Source: a virus (Duplodnaviria > Caudoviricetes). Taken from it: a stretch of 37,780 bases of DNA. Position numbers and translations under genes: made by a program. The notes beneath the pieces were generated by a model. The model was not told where the DNA came from. It searched no databases and worked only from the letters and a program-made list of their open reading frames with translations. The DNA lies in IMG/VR virus record IMGVR_UViG_3300020042_008470, positions 1 through 37,780 of that record; one strand, written 5' to 3'. How positions within the stretch are numbered: the first letter of the stretch is position 1; each line of letters opens with the position of its first letter. This document shows positions 9,140 to 18,893 of this stretch, piece after piece.

Positions 9140-11013
9140 TATACAGACCTCAAGTAACGACTTTCTAACGTGTAACCATTCACTATTATCGACTGAGACG
9201 ATTGAATAATAAACTCGACAGATAAACTTTTTGCCGATATTCCAAAATCAATCCTCTCTTGAAAAGATGAAACATTCAAACTCGAAACAACCGAAGCCGA
9301 ATCGGAGTAATTACTATAAAATCTTATGGTTACACCCTGGGTAGACCCAACCTCAGAGTCTATAAAGAGCCTGCGCCAAATTTCTTGAGTACTTTCGCCC
9401 AAACGCTTATGAAATCTTGTTTGGATAATCAGCGTTATCGCACTACCAAAGTCTGTGTTGAGCGAGTCATTAAACCGAGCCAAAGACTGAACTGATGCCC
9501 CTTGCACAAAATAAGAAATGTCTTGTGTGGTAGATCCATAGCTAAGTAAATCGGACCCAGTTTCAGCGTCTATTGCTACGTTATCGAAAATAGTCCAAGA
9601 TTTTACAAAATAGTCATAAACAAAGCACCGTTGGCCGGCGCAAAACCAAACCTGATTTTTTGACTTTAAATGAAACCCTCGAAGTATAGATTTGTCGACA
9701 AGATCTAGGTAGTCACCTATTGGCTCAGAAACTATTTTAATGTTTGAACCGTCATATTCGGCTATGCCCTTTTTATCGATAAACCACAGTTTGTTTTCAA
9801 ACTGCGCGACACCTTTATTGTTTAAACAGCCAAATTCGACAGACAACTCTCTGACTTGAAATGTTTCTTCGCTAGACCCGCGAAGCTCATACATTGAGTT
9901 ACCTTTAAAAATTATAAGTGCGTCTTGAAACTCGGCTAGCCCAGTTATAACGTCGCCAAACGTTGATTTTACCTGAAAGAAGTTTTCAGGCTCAGATGCG
10001 TCAGGCTCACCTAGGTTTGAATAATAAACCGTGTTTTGTTCATTGCTAGAACCATTTTGGCCGGCCCAGAAAAGAAAATTATTGTAAGACTCGGCATATT
10101 TGACGGTAAAACCAAAAGACTGTTGCTTAAAATCATCAAATTGATCAACGGTCAGGTTATCAAACTCTGCATGATACATCGTTACGCCGGCTGAAGTGGT
10201 TAAATAAAACCCAACTGGATTTTGATACAATATATTGGTCAGCCCAGCCGCTTGCCGAGCTAATGCCGGCACCACGAGGCTTATTGCTGATCCCGGCGGC
10301 ACCGTAAACCCAAAAATAACCCAGCGGCCCTCAGAAACCAGTGTGGACCCACGGCTTGTTATTAAAAACCTAGAGTTAAGCGTTAGCCCGGCCGCAAACA
10401 CTTTGCCCCCGGCTCTTTCAAACCCCAACTCTGTTTCAGCTTCACTAGCCTCAATTAAAGTTGTCATGCCGCGAGCATATATAAAGGCGGCGGCAAAAGT
10501 GCCAGACGGTATTGTGGCCGTTGGTCCGTCTGTAATGTTTGTGTTAAACGTAATGCCGGCCCCGGCTAAATAAGTAGTGAATTGACCCAAGCGATAGTTA
10601 TACGAAAGAGATCCGTTAAAAACCCCGGATACGGTGCCGTTTACAAAATACAGCCTATCATTTATTGCTTGAAAATCTATTACGCTAGCCAAAGTGTAGC
10701 TTGTCGATAACGACGCATAAATTAACGAAGGCCCTTCGGCTGTATAAAGATTAGACCCGGAGTCAAAAACCCTAAAACTTGCGCCGCTTGTTTGTAAAAA
10801 CTGATATAAGTTTGCGGGCTTTGTTATAAACGTGGCGCGTGAAAACGTTGTCCCGACACCAATCCCAGCCCGCGAAGTTAAAGCACCGGGCCTAACAAAT
10901 GTGTAATTTCTTAAGTTTAAAAACTGCGTGTCTGGCGTTTTATAGGTTGATACAATCTGGTTTATTCCACCCAAATTGTTGTACTGCTCTTCTTTTAGTT
11001 TTTCATAGGCCAT
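9139..11013 (-). CDS. Tail nozzle / stabilization protein (P22 gp10 / T7 gp12-like), paralog B
   Basis: GGIN N-terminus, beta-propeller-like YYSNLGEP, GDVITGL, GC motifs; follows the adaptor gene. Confidence 0.7.
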   Translation of the reverse strand: MAYEKLKEEQYNNLGGINQIVSTYKTPDTQFLNLRNYTFVRPGALTSRAGIGVGTTFSRATFITKPANLYQFLQTSGASFRVFDSGSNLYTAEGPSLIYASLSTSYTLASVIDFQAINDRLYFVNGTVSGVFNGSLSYNYRLGQFTTYLAGAGITFNTNITDGPTATIPSGTFAAAFIYARGMTTLIEASEAETELGFERAGGKVFAAGLTLNSRFLITSRGSTLVSEGRWVIFGFTVPPGSAISLVVPALARQAAGLTNILYQNPVGFYLTTSAGVTMYHAEFDNLTVDQFDDFKQQSFGFTVKYAESYNNFLFWAGQNGSSNEQNTVYYSNLGEPDASEPENFFQVKSTFGDVITGLAEFQDALIIFKGNSMYELRGSSEETFQVRELSVEFGCLNNKGVAQFENKLWFIDKKGIAEYDGSNIKIVSEPIGDYLDLVDKSILRGFHLKSKNQVWFCAGQRCFVYDYFVKSWTIFDNVAIDAETGSDLLSYGSTTQDISYFVQGASVQSLARFNDSLNTDFGSAITLIIQTRFHKRLGESTQEIWRRLFIDSEVGSTQGVTIRFYSNYSDSASVVSSLNVSSFQERIDFGISAKSLSVEFIIQSSQSIIVNGYTLESRYLRSV

Positions 11014-12833
11014 TATACAGACCTCAAAAATCTAGACTCTACCGTGTAACCGTTTACCGTTACCGCAGTCGATGCCTGAATGACCCATTTAAAAGACATG
11101 CTTTTTGCCGACAATCCAAAATCAAGTCTATTTTGAAACTGATTTGTTGAAAACCCGCGCGTTAATGAAACGTCAGAGTCATAGTTTGGTAAAAAGCTGA
11201 CCGTACAGCCGAGCGTTGTGCCGTTAGTATCAATGTCTAAAAATAATCTACGCCAAATTTCTTGAGTACTTTCGCCAAGGCGCTTGTGATAGCGGCTTTG
11301 TATTAATAGCGTTATCGGCAAGCCTCTGTCTGTATTTAATGAGTCATCAAATCTAGTAAAAGACGTAAAACTTGAGCCTGTGCTTATAAAGTTTATCGCT
11401 GGCGTTGTCGCGCCCGCCTGTATTAGTGCGGCCCCAAGATTGTTTTGTATTTCAAGCCGGTCATAAATAGTCCACGCATTTACGTCATAATCAAAAACAA
11501 AACACTCGTTACCAAAACAAAACCACACTTCATTTCTGTCTTTAACATGAAACGCACGACATTTTGATTTATCAACTAAGCTTAATTTTTGTTCAACAGC
11601 ATATGAAACGATAAATGTATTCGGGCCGTTGTATTCACAAATTCCCTTTTGATCACAAAACCAAAGCTTGTTTTCAAATGTGACGGCCCCTGTGCTATTT
11701 ACGCACCCATACTCATGAGTCATATTTTTTAAACTTAAATTTTGCGGGGCATCGCCATTAATTTCATGAACAGAGTTATTTTTAAACACGACAAGAGTGT
11801 CCTGAAACGTAATCATGTTTGTTATAACGTCGCCATTGTCTGTTCTTATTTCTACAAAGTTTTCAAGCTGAACCTGATAAGGCGCTCCCAGATCTGAATA
11901 CCACACGTTAGATGTTTGAGACGAAAACCCACCCATAAAAAGCATATTTTTATATGTCTCTAAATATTGAGGAACTAAAGTAAAGTGCGGTATTGTCTGG
12001 TATTCAGTGTCGAAATTAAAATCTTCAAATAAAATTTCGGGGTAATTGTATTGCGTCGTATCCAAGTTGCTAGGGGCTGTAAAAAAATCTGCCTGGCCCG
12101 GCCTCTTGATTTGCATTATGATGCCAACGCCGTAAGCCTCTGCCGCGTTTGTGTATCCGCTGACATACCAGCCGTTTGTTGCGATTGTTGCGGCCGTGTA
12201 ATAATATAAAAGCCCGCCAATACCAGTTAGTGTCGTGCCGGTTGGTTCGCCTAAAACACCGTCTTTTATGTACGTGTATCTAAACGCATAGGTTCCGGGG
12301 TTAATAATGTATGTTGCGCTATAGTCGATCAGCCCGGTAATAGTTGTGACGAACCTGGCCGCGCCTGGGCCATACCACCCGCCCGCCTGAGGTATAGAAT
12401 AAAGACTTGATATTAAAGTAGGCGCTGATAAATAAACATTTTGAAAGGTTCTACCATTAGCGAAATACATTTTATTATTTGCCGTTACAAAATCTACACT
12501 TGCAGACGTTGTTACATTTGCGGTTAAACTTTGCGCAAAAGCGACAGGCGGCGAAGATAAATAAAAAAGCGTTGGCCCAACATCAAAAACAACAAAGCTT
12601 GAACCGCTACCACTTATAAACTGATACATAGATTTTGGCGGTATTAAATACGTGGCGAGCGCCAAGGATGCAAAGTCAGCGGTGCCAGATCTTGAAGTTA
12701 AAGCGCCCGGCCGCTCAAAGCCATAATTACGAATATCTAAAAACTGGTTTGGGCCAGTTTGATATTTGGAGGATTTTTCATTAATCCCGCCAGTGTTATC
12801 GTAACTCTCTTCTTTCAGCTTCTCGTAGGCCAT
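11013..12833 (-). CDS. Tail nozzle / stabilization protein, paralog A
   Basis: Same motifs as 9139-11013 (MAYEKLKEE, RPGALTSR, HKRLGESTQEIWRRLF, NGYT.ESR.LRSV). Confidence 0.7.
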   Translation of the reverse strand: MAYEKLKEESYDNTGGINEKSSKYQTGPNQFLDIRNYGFERPGALTSRSGTADFASLALATYLIPPKSMYQFISGSGSSFVVFDVGPTLFYLSSPPVAFAQSLTANVTTSASVDFVTANNKMYFANGRTFQNVYLSAPTLISSLYSIPQAGGWYGPGAARFVTTITGLIDYSATYIINPGTYAFRYTYIKDGVLGEPTGTTLTGIGGLLYYYTAATIATNGWYVSGYTNAAEAYGVGIIMQIKRPGQADFFTAPSNLDTTQYNYPEILFEDFNFDTEYQTIPHFTLVPQYLETYKNMLFMGGFSSQTSNVWYSDLGAPYQVQLENFVEIRTDNGDVITNMITFQDTLVVFKNNSVHEINGDAPQNLSLKNMTHEYGCVNSTGAVTFENKLWFCDQKGICEYNGPNTFIVSYAVEQKLSLVDKSKCRAFHVKDRNEVWFCFGNECFVFDYDVNAWTIYDRLEIQNNLGAALIQAGATTPAINFISTGSSFTSFTRFDDSLNTDRGLPITLLIQSRYHKRLGESTQEIWRRLFLDIDTNGTTLGCTVSFLPNYDSDVSLTRGFSTNQFQNRLDFGLSAKSMSFKWVIQASTAVTVNGYTVESRFLRSV

Positions 12834-13492
12834 TAGTACCCAGCCGTATAATCATCATCCTGAGTTTGCACTATAGTTCGAGACTCATCCACGTTGCGCT
12901 CTTCTGCGTCTTGCTTAAATAGCTTTTCAAAGTATTCTTTTTTATTGAGCATTGCGCCAGGGTCACGACCGTCTTTGTATAACCCATCGAGTGTGGCCAA
13001 AACCGCTATATATTCGTGATAGTCAGCCGGGACGTCAGGCAAATCAGCGTCGTTAACCATATCAGCCGCGCGGTATAAATAAGTTAAACGTAAAGTTTTA
13101 GCCGCGTCAGGGGCCGGCACCACAACAACCTGATCACCCTTAAAATAATAAGTCTGTGGCGTGCCAGTTCTCTCAGGCATCAAATCTTGCTGGTTTTCTG
13201 TTATTTTAACCAATCTCTGACAGTCTTCGTTTTGAAACGTAGTGCCAGACAAAACCACCTCAAGACGTGACAACTTTTTAAAGTCAGTTGGCAGCTGATA
13301 CTCTCGCTGATATTGAACCAAGGTTGTTTGCACAACTTTTCTGTAATGACCCTCAAACGCTTGTATAACCATTTTCTGGGTTTCGCGTTGGGCGTTATTT
13401 AGCCACGTTTTGACTTCACTTAAAGTAAAATAGCCGTTATTTGTGTCATCAAGCCACGAAGAGACTAAAACTTGCAATTGAACAAAAGTCAT
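12833..13492 (-). CDS. Head-tail adaptor protein
   Basis: WLNNAQRE, EYQLPTDF, GTPQTYY, VPAPD, P.DYHEYI pattern typical of podoviral adaptors. Confidence 0.75.
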   Translation of the reverse strand: MTFVQLQVLVSSWLDDTNNGYFTLSEVKTWLNNAQRETQKMVIQAFEGHYRKVVQTTLVQYQREYQLPTDFKKLSRLEVVLSGTTFQNEDCQRLVKITENQQDLMPERTGTPQTYYFKGDQVVVVPAPDAAKTLRLTYLYRAADMVNDADLPDVPADYHEYIAVLATLDGLYKDGRDPGAMLNKKEYFEKLFKQDAEERNVDESRTIVQTQDDDYTAGY

Positions 13493-13504
13493 CGATTACC
13501 TTCC

Positions 13505-13792
13505 TTAGCAATCTTCAATATTATAAGTAGACCACGGCACCCACGTTGTTGAAATAGTATTACCCGCCATGAGTGACCACGTAGTTGAAATTGTATTCCC
13601 AGCACTCAGCGCCCAGCTAGTCGAGATTGATGTTGTCCCGGGACTGTTCCACGGCCCCCACCAAACATTATGACAAGACCAGATAAGGCCGTCTGTAACC
13701 AATCCTAAACCGTCGTAAGTATCCCAAGACGTAAGCCCATCGGTTTCTAAGGCCATTCCCTTAATCGTTACATCAAATGGTGGAATGGCCAA
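13505..13792 (-). CDS. Small Trp/Thr-rich repeat protein
   Basis: Three ISTsW/ISTTW repeats; strong GGGGG SD. Confidence 0.6.
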   Translation of the reverse strand: MAIPPFDVTIKGMALETDGLTSWDTYDGLGLVTDGLIWSCHNVWWGPWNSPGTTSISTSWALSAGNTISTTWSLMAGNTISTTWVPWSTYNIEDC

Positions 13793-13801
13793 AAAACCCC
13801 C

Positions 13802-16093
13802 TTATAAACCCATCTCTTGAGCTTCTCTTTCAATCTGCTTAATCATGGCACCACGTAGGCCGCCAAAATCAATAAAGTGATACGCAACTAGACGCCATGA
13901 GTGATCAAAACCGGTCATGTCGATTTTTTCCCACGCGCGGGAATCAAGGGCATAAAGCAGTTGTATCGCCCAAAGCTCCTTTTCTTCCGTCGTGTTAGCG
14001 TCCAAAAATAAAAGCTTTGCCCAACCACGGTCTGCAAAAGGCCTCAGTGTGTTTTTTAAGGCCCCAAGCTCGCGCGCAATCGCAAAGCAACCCGCGTACA
14101 TAGCTTCAATTGCCGTAATACAAAATGTTTCAATAAAGTTAGCCGGGTATAGCCACACTACGGCCTCTTTCATTTCGCGAGCTAGCGTTTTTTGGTCAAC
14201 GTTGCCGTGGTATTTAATCCAAGACTTAGACTTAATTAAATCTAAAAGCTTTTGGGCCTTTTCTTCAAGACCCGGCGCTTTTAATAAATTCTCAATGCCG
14301 TAGTAAACGTGAAGCTCCAAATCTCGGCCCGACTTTGCGCGAGCTATTTCTATAATATCAATCGCCCGCTCTAATCCACGATCAGGACTAGACGGCCACA
14401 CAATCTTGTTCTCGTTTTTTACAACCGTCATATCGAAGCGCTCTTTGTTAACGCCATTACTCGTGACCAAAATCTTTTCCGGTGGAATGTTTTGCGTCAC
14501 TTGTAAAAAGTTTTTATGAAACTCAGATAGCGCCAAAATCATTGTATAATTAGCGTGGTTTTCTGCGCCCGGGGTCATCAAGTCATGACACCACACAAAA
14601 GTAGGAGCGCTGGTTAATTTAACCGCATGTCGCCAAGCATAGTGAACTTTTGGTTCAAATTGTGCGAAGTATTCAAAGGCCTGTTGAGCCGGCCTGTAAA
14701 TAACGCCGCTCTCACATATTTTTTCACTTTCACGAGTGTTAAATACGATTACATTTCGCCCAGTGATTTTTTTAATGTGAGCCGCGACCTCGACAAGTGC
14801 CGTTTCGCTTCCACCAAAGCCTTTTGTTTTATAAAGCTCTTCGTCAAATGGGTAAGGGTGAGATCCTGGCAAACAAGTAAAAACAACGTCGTCGCATTTT
14901 TGTTTGTCTACGTTATCATTTTTTTCAATAGACGACTTCATATTTAAAAGCTCGCCCAATAGTTTTTTTGACTCATCATGACCGAAAAGCTTTACGCTTT
15001 CAGTTGCCACAACAATTGCTGATTCAATGTCTCCAAGCTTAAAGTGAATTCGTGCCATCATGTCGCGTGGAACATGCTCATACGCGGTGTGATTAACGTA
15101 CAAAAACCCCTGACCTTGGCCCGCTGGTTTTTTACATTGAACAGCCGCACCGTAAAGTGGTAACGCCTCTGTTTCTCTACCCATTTTTACTAAACAGTCC
15201 GCCGCTAAACAGTAAAACTCAGCACGGTTAGGTGCTAGCGCCATACCATTACAGGCAAGTGACAAACCTTTGGCGAGTAAAGTTGGGTCTTTTTTGTTTG
15301 CCGGTAAATGCTCCTGCTCGGAGTGGTATCTATGCAAACAAGCTCTGACCAAATACTCAAAAGTTAAAATGCGGTCATGGCCCTCAAGTTGCGGGTGGTC
15401 CGCCACCTGATCAAGCCATACGTAGCCCTCCGCAAAACGGCCCTTATCACAAAGCTCTTTACCGTAGTAAAACTTTAATCGTGGCGGCAACTCTTCAATT
15501 TTTGAGCGCTTTTCTAAAATAGTGACGTTGCGGTTAAAATCCACTTCGTAATCTTTTAATGTTCGCCTGTGGTTAACCGTCCAATTGTTTGCAAGCATGG
15601 CTTGAACAAATTCTTGCGCAATCATTCCTTCGTGAATAAAATATTCCCACTTAAACTTCTTTGTTGTGCGAATTACGCGTTCTCGTAAAAAAGTACAAAC
15701 AGGCCGGCCCTTATCGTCGTAAGCATAATTATATGGGGCAAGCCAGAAATCAGATAAAACCATGACTTCGTCACGCCACATTTTAAACGCCTCTTTACTC
15801 GACATGGCGTCATCAAGATCAAGCCACATGACATACTCTTCTGTAACGCCTTCCATTGAGTAATTTCTGGCAGCGGCAAAATCTTCAATCCACTTGAAAT
15901 GCTTTAACGTGACTGGGCAACCGGCTATTTTTTCAGCCTCACCACTTGTAACAACTTCGATTGTGCCGTCTGTTGATCCTGTGTCCGTTAAGTAAATGTG
16001 ATCATAACAACCCGCCACGCTTTCAAGCATGGGTCTAATGTGATCGATCTCGTTTTTCATGATGCATGCAAGTGCAATTGTAGGTCTGTTCAT
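13802..16093 (-). CDS. Bifunctional glycosyltransferase (GT2 - TPR - GT4/GT-B)
   Basis: IMKNE, DTGSTDGT, DFAAARN, WLDLDD, IHE (GT2); TPR-like PNRAEFY; GGSET, SSPDRGL, ETFCITAIEAM (GT4). Confidence 0.92.
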   Translation of the reverse strand: MNRPTIALACIMKNEIDHIRPMLESVAGCYDHIYLTDTGSTDGTIEVVTSGEAEKIAGCPVTLKHFKWIEDFAAARNYSMEGVTEEYVMWLDLDDAMSSKEAFKMWRDEVMVLSDFWLAPYNYAYDDKGRPVCTFLRERVIRTTKKFKWEYFIHEGMIAQEFVQAMLANNWTVNHRRTLKDYEVDFNRNVTILEKRSKIEELPPRLKFYYGKELCDKGRFAEGYVWLDQVADHPQLEGHDRILTFEYLVRACLHRYHSEQEHLPANKKDPTLLAKGLSLACNGMALAPNRAEFYCLAADCLVKMGRETEALPLYGAAVQCKKPAGQGQGFLYVNHTAYEHVPRDMMARIHFKLGDIESAIVVATESVKLFGHDESKKLLGELLNMKSSIEKNDNVDKQKCDDVVFTCLPGSHPYPFDEELYKTKGFGGSETALVEVAAHIKKITGRNVIVFNTRESEKICESGVIYRPAQQAFEYFAQFEPKVHYAWRHAVKLTSAPTFVWCHDLMTPGAENHANYTMILALSEFHKNFLQVTQNIPPEKILVTSNGVNKERFDMTVVKNENKIVWPSSPDRGLERAIDIIEIARAKSGRDLELHVYYGIENLLKAPGLEEKAQKLLDLIKSKSWIKYHGNVDQKTLAREMKEAVVWLYPANFIETFCITAIEAMYAGCFAIARELGALKNTLRPFADRGWAKLLFLDANTTEEKELWAIQLLYALDSRAWEKIDMTGFDHSWRLVAYHFIDFGGLRGAMIKQIEREAQEMGL

Positions 16094-16105
16094 TAATCCC
16101 CCCGA

Positions 16106-16801
16106 TTAGGTTTTAGTTACCTGCGTAGAAGATTGTGCGAGGGTTTTTTCAACAAGTAAAGTGCCGCCGCGCGTGCTAATAGCCCATGCCCCAGAAACTT
16201 TATTAAATGACTGATCGCCTTCTCTAAATTCTTGAGCACGCTTTAAATATCCAAACAAATCGCCTGGGTCCACAGACGTTGAACCAAATGCTGACGCAGT
16301 TGTCCCCACCCGAGCGTCTAAAGACGTGACAAGTGTAGAATTTATGCTAACAAGCGCAAAAATAGTGCCGCCGATTGCGAAATTTGACTCACCAAACGCA
16401 TAGTTGCTGTTGCCCCATGCATAGTTAGATGTTCCAAGCGCAATGTTTGATGTTCCAATTGCAATATTTGTCGTGCCGAGCGCAAAAAGCGTTGAGTTAT
16501 ATGCCGCAAGTGTAGACGATAACTCCGCGATTTGTTTATCAACCTGATGTACTGGGTCTAAAACGCCGTAAACATATCGATCAGATGTTGTGTTAACCGT
16601 CACGCCGTCTAATAAGAAATAAACGCTAAACGAAGCCGTGTAAGTGAAAAAATAAAGGCCGGTTGTCGACAATTGCGAGATTGCCGGCGGTGAAATGTCA
16701 AAATTATCTGAAATTCTCTTAAATGTTACAAACGACGGCGCAAGACTTGGGTAGGTTCGTGGGTCTGTTTGGTTAAATGCGACCGCGTAAAGTGTAGCCA
16801 T
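16106..16801 (-). CDS. Putative virion structural protein with heptad repeats
   Basis: GTSN[IY]A[LIWF] 7-residue repeats; position in the structural operon. Confidence 0.6.
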   Translation of the reverse strand: MATLYAVAFNQTDPRTYPSLAPSFVTFKRISDNFDISPPAISQLSTTGLYFFTYTASFSVYFLLDGVTVNTTSDRYVYGVLDPVHQVDKQIAELSSTLAAYNSTLFALGTTNIAIGTSNIALGTSNYAWGNSNYAFGESNFAIGGTIFALVSINSTLVTSLDARVGTTASAFGSTSVDPGDLFGYLKRAQEFREGDQSFNKVSGAWAISTRGGTLLVEKTLAQSSTQVTKT

Positions 16802-17013
16802 TAAATACCCCGCTCAATAAACATTTTTTCTAAGTCTCTTATCTTTGCGTGTGCCGCGTCTACGTCATGCCCCGTCTCTTCTAACTTTGAATGAAGCTTG
16901 CTTAAAAACCAAATCAGGCGGGCCACGCCAATTGCAACAGTAATAATAGTGCCGATGTTTGCAACAATTAAATAGCCTACCCATTCATTGGCGCTCATGG
17001 TGCGCCCACACAC
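16801..17013 (-). CDS. Small TM + coiled-coil protein (start likely MSANEW at 16998)
   Basis: Single hydrophobic helix followed by coiled coil; ATGA/TAATG coupling. Confidence 0.6.
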   Translation of the reverse strand: MCGRTMSANEWVGYLIVANIGTIITVAIGVARLIWFLSKLHSKLEETGHDVDAAHAKIRDLEKMFIERGI

Positions 17014-18884
17014 TGCAAGTTAAAATCAAAGGTCGTACACGCTGTTGACGCATCATCTTCACAGTCGACCGAAACAGCCGTTGAGCTTGACGATGCTGCT
17101 GACAAAATTAAGCCAGTTGCCGCAAATGCTGCGTTTGGAACCGCAAAGCAATATGGCGTAGTTGAAAACGCCCCGGCCAATGTAACGGCACAAGCGCCGC
17201 CTGATACGTTACCGATTGCTGACACGCCGTTTGCCGTTGTGCCGGTTTGCGAAGTAATTGCCGAGCCTGCGTCACAATTTAAGTTTGCATAAATAGTTTT
17301 TAAAACACCGCTACTGTTTGTTACCGACGAACCAGTCAAAACAGGCGCAGGCAGTGATTGGTCGATTTGGAATATGGACCAATCGATTGAAGGCACGATG
17401 TTTGCATTGACGCGAGTTAGAGAGATCGCGCCAGTGTCAGCTAATCCCTGGATAGTTAATGTTTTAGCCGAAGTGTTTGATGCTACGTAAATACCACATA
17501 AAGTTGTTGGGGCAAAATCTGTTACTCCGGTTGCGTTGATTGGCCTAAAACCATTTTCAGCAATGACGGTTGTGCCATCCCATAGTCTCAGACCAATCTG
17601 AGGATTTGTTGCCAATGATCCTATTGTAAATGTAGCACAAACCCAATATCGCCCAGCCCGTGAGGGGGCAAATGTGATCGCTGGCAAAACGGACCCACTG
17701 GCTGACACTGTTCCAAAGTTAGAGTTAGTTCTTTCAACTAAAGCGCACGAAGCGTCGGCGGTAAAATCACCATAAGCTGTATTGGTACGACTCCATGAAC
17801 ACGTATTGTCATGATAACCACTCCAAGAATTTGCCAGCTTGTCGGGCGTATAGGCTTGTTCATTTGATAGCGGGTAGCGGTATATAGCGAAATTGTTTTG
17901 CCGCAATGACGCGCCGTTACCCAGAGTAATGGTCCCAGATGCAGATGCGCCATATATTTCAAACGTTCGATTGCCTGCGGTAGTGTATTGAAAGTTTGCA
18001 ACGATAGTCATTTGCGCCGCTGTTGACGCATCTTGGTTTTGAGTTACAGTGCCGCTTGTTGTGGTTCCGTCGTTAATGGCAAGCGCTGCCGTCGCGGCTC
18101 CAGATTGGCCTAGATAGTTTGTTGAAACAACTTGATAGTTGCCAGGCGGCAAATTGTTTACAGTTATTTTAGGTAGGTCTGTGTCTGTTGTTTGAATAAC
18201 TCCAGGCCCAGGATTAAATTCTACTGTCGGGCCAGGGCAATCGGCGTCACTTGCGAACGCGCCCAAACCAGTATTTGTTCTAGTCCAACTGCCGCAATTC
18301 GTAGTCGTTGCAAAATAAGCCGAGCCAATAAATTGAGCCTGACTAATATTAGATAAATTGTAACCTTCGGCGGGGCCTAAATAACAATCGTCAATCGCAA
18401 TCGAAGGCTCATCAGCCGCCACAGAAATTAACCTAAGCGAAATATTCCCCGACGCTGGAAAAATAAAATTAACACTCGTGCGCGTTGGCGTTGTGCTTGA
18501 AGTAATCTCGACAGACGATAAAATATTCGTGCCGTCATATGCTTGTAATAATATTGTCTCAGTCCCGCTTGGCGTAGTAACCAGACATGAGGCCCCGCCA
18601 TTACGCCCATACATGCCCGCCGGTATTGCAACAGCCGTCGATGTTAACGTCTGAGACGACGCCGAAGAATTCCAAGTTACGTGCTGCCGACCGACCATAG
18701 GTGAAATCGTAGCCTTGGCAAAAGAACCGCCGCTGGATGTCCACTGCGCGATGCCGGCCTCAAACCCGCCGTTAACGAGTAGGTTTTTATTAAATATCTG
18801 AGGCTTATCAGCCTCGGTAAGCGTTGCAAAAGCCGTTTGAAAAAACAACAGATTGGATAAAATTAAACTTATAAAATACTTCAT
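16995..18884 (-). CDS. Signal-peptide-bearing beta-rich protein with carbohydrate-binding-module-like N-terminal domain (adhesin or tail-spike-like)
   Basis: MKYFISLILSNLLFFQTAFA signal peptide; NLLVNGGFE...W...IDD CBM-like pattern; duplicated C.SW.RTNT..G.F.ADA.C module. Confidence 0.6.
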   Translation of the reverse strand: MKYFISLILSNLLFFQTAFATLTEADKPQIFNKNLLVNGGFEAGIAQWTSSGGSFAKATISPMVGRQHVTWNSSASSQTLTSTAVAIPAGMYGRNGGASCLVTTPSGTETILLQAYDGTNILSSVEITSSTTPTRTSVNFIFPASGNISLRLISVAADEPSIAIDDCYLGPAEGYNLSNISQAQFIGSAYFATTTNCGSWTRTNTGLGAFASDADCPGPTVEFNPGPGVIQTTDTDLPKITVNNLPPGNYQVVSTNYLGQSGAATAALAINDGTTTSGTVTQNQDASTAAQMTIVANFQYTTAGNRTFEIYGASASGTITLGNGASLRQNNFAIYRYPLSNEQAYTPDKLANSWSGYHDNTCSWSRTNTAYGDFTADASCALVERTNSNFGTVSASGSVLPAITFAPSRAGRYWVCATFTIGSLATNPQIGLRLWDGTTVIAENGFRPINATGVTDFAPTTLCGIYVASNTSAKTLTIQGLADTGAISLTRVNANIVPSIDWSIFQIDQSLPAPVLTGSSVTNSSGVLKTIYANLNCDAGSAITSQTGTTANGVSAIGNVSGGACAVTLAGAFSTTPYCFAVPNAAFAATGLILSAASSSSTAVSVDCEDDASTACTTFDFNLQCVGAP

Positions 18885-18893
18885 ATAATCACC

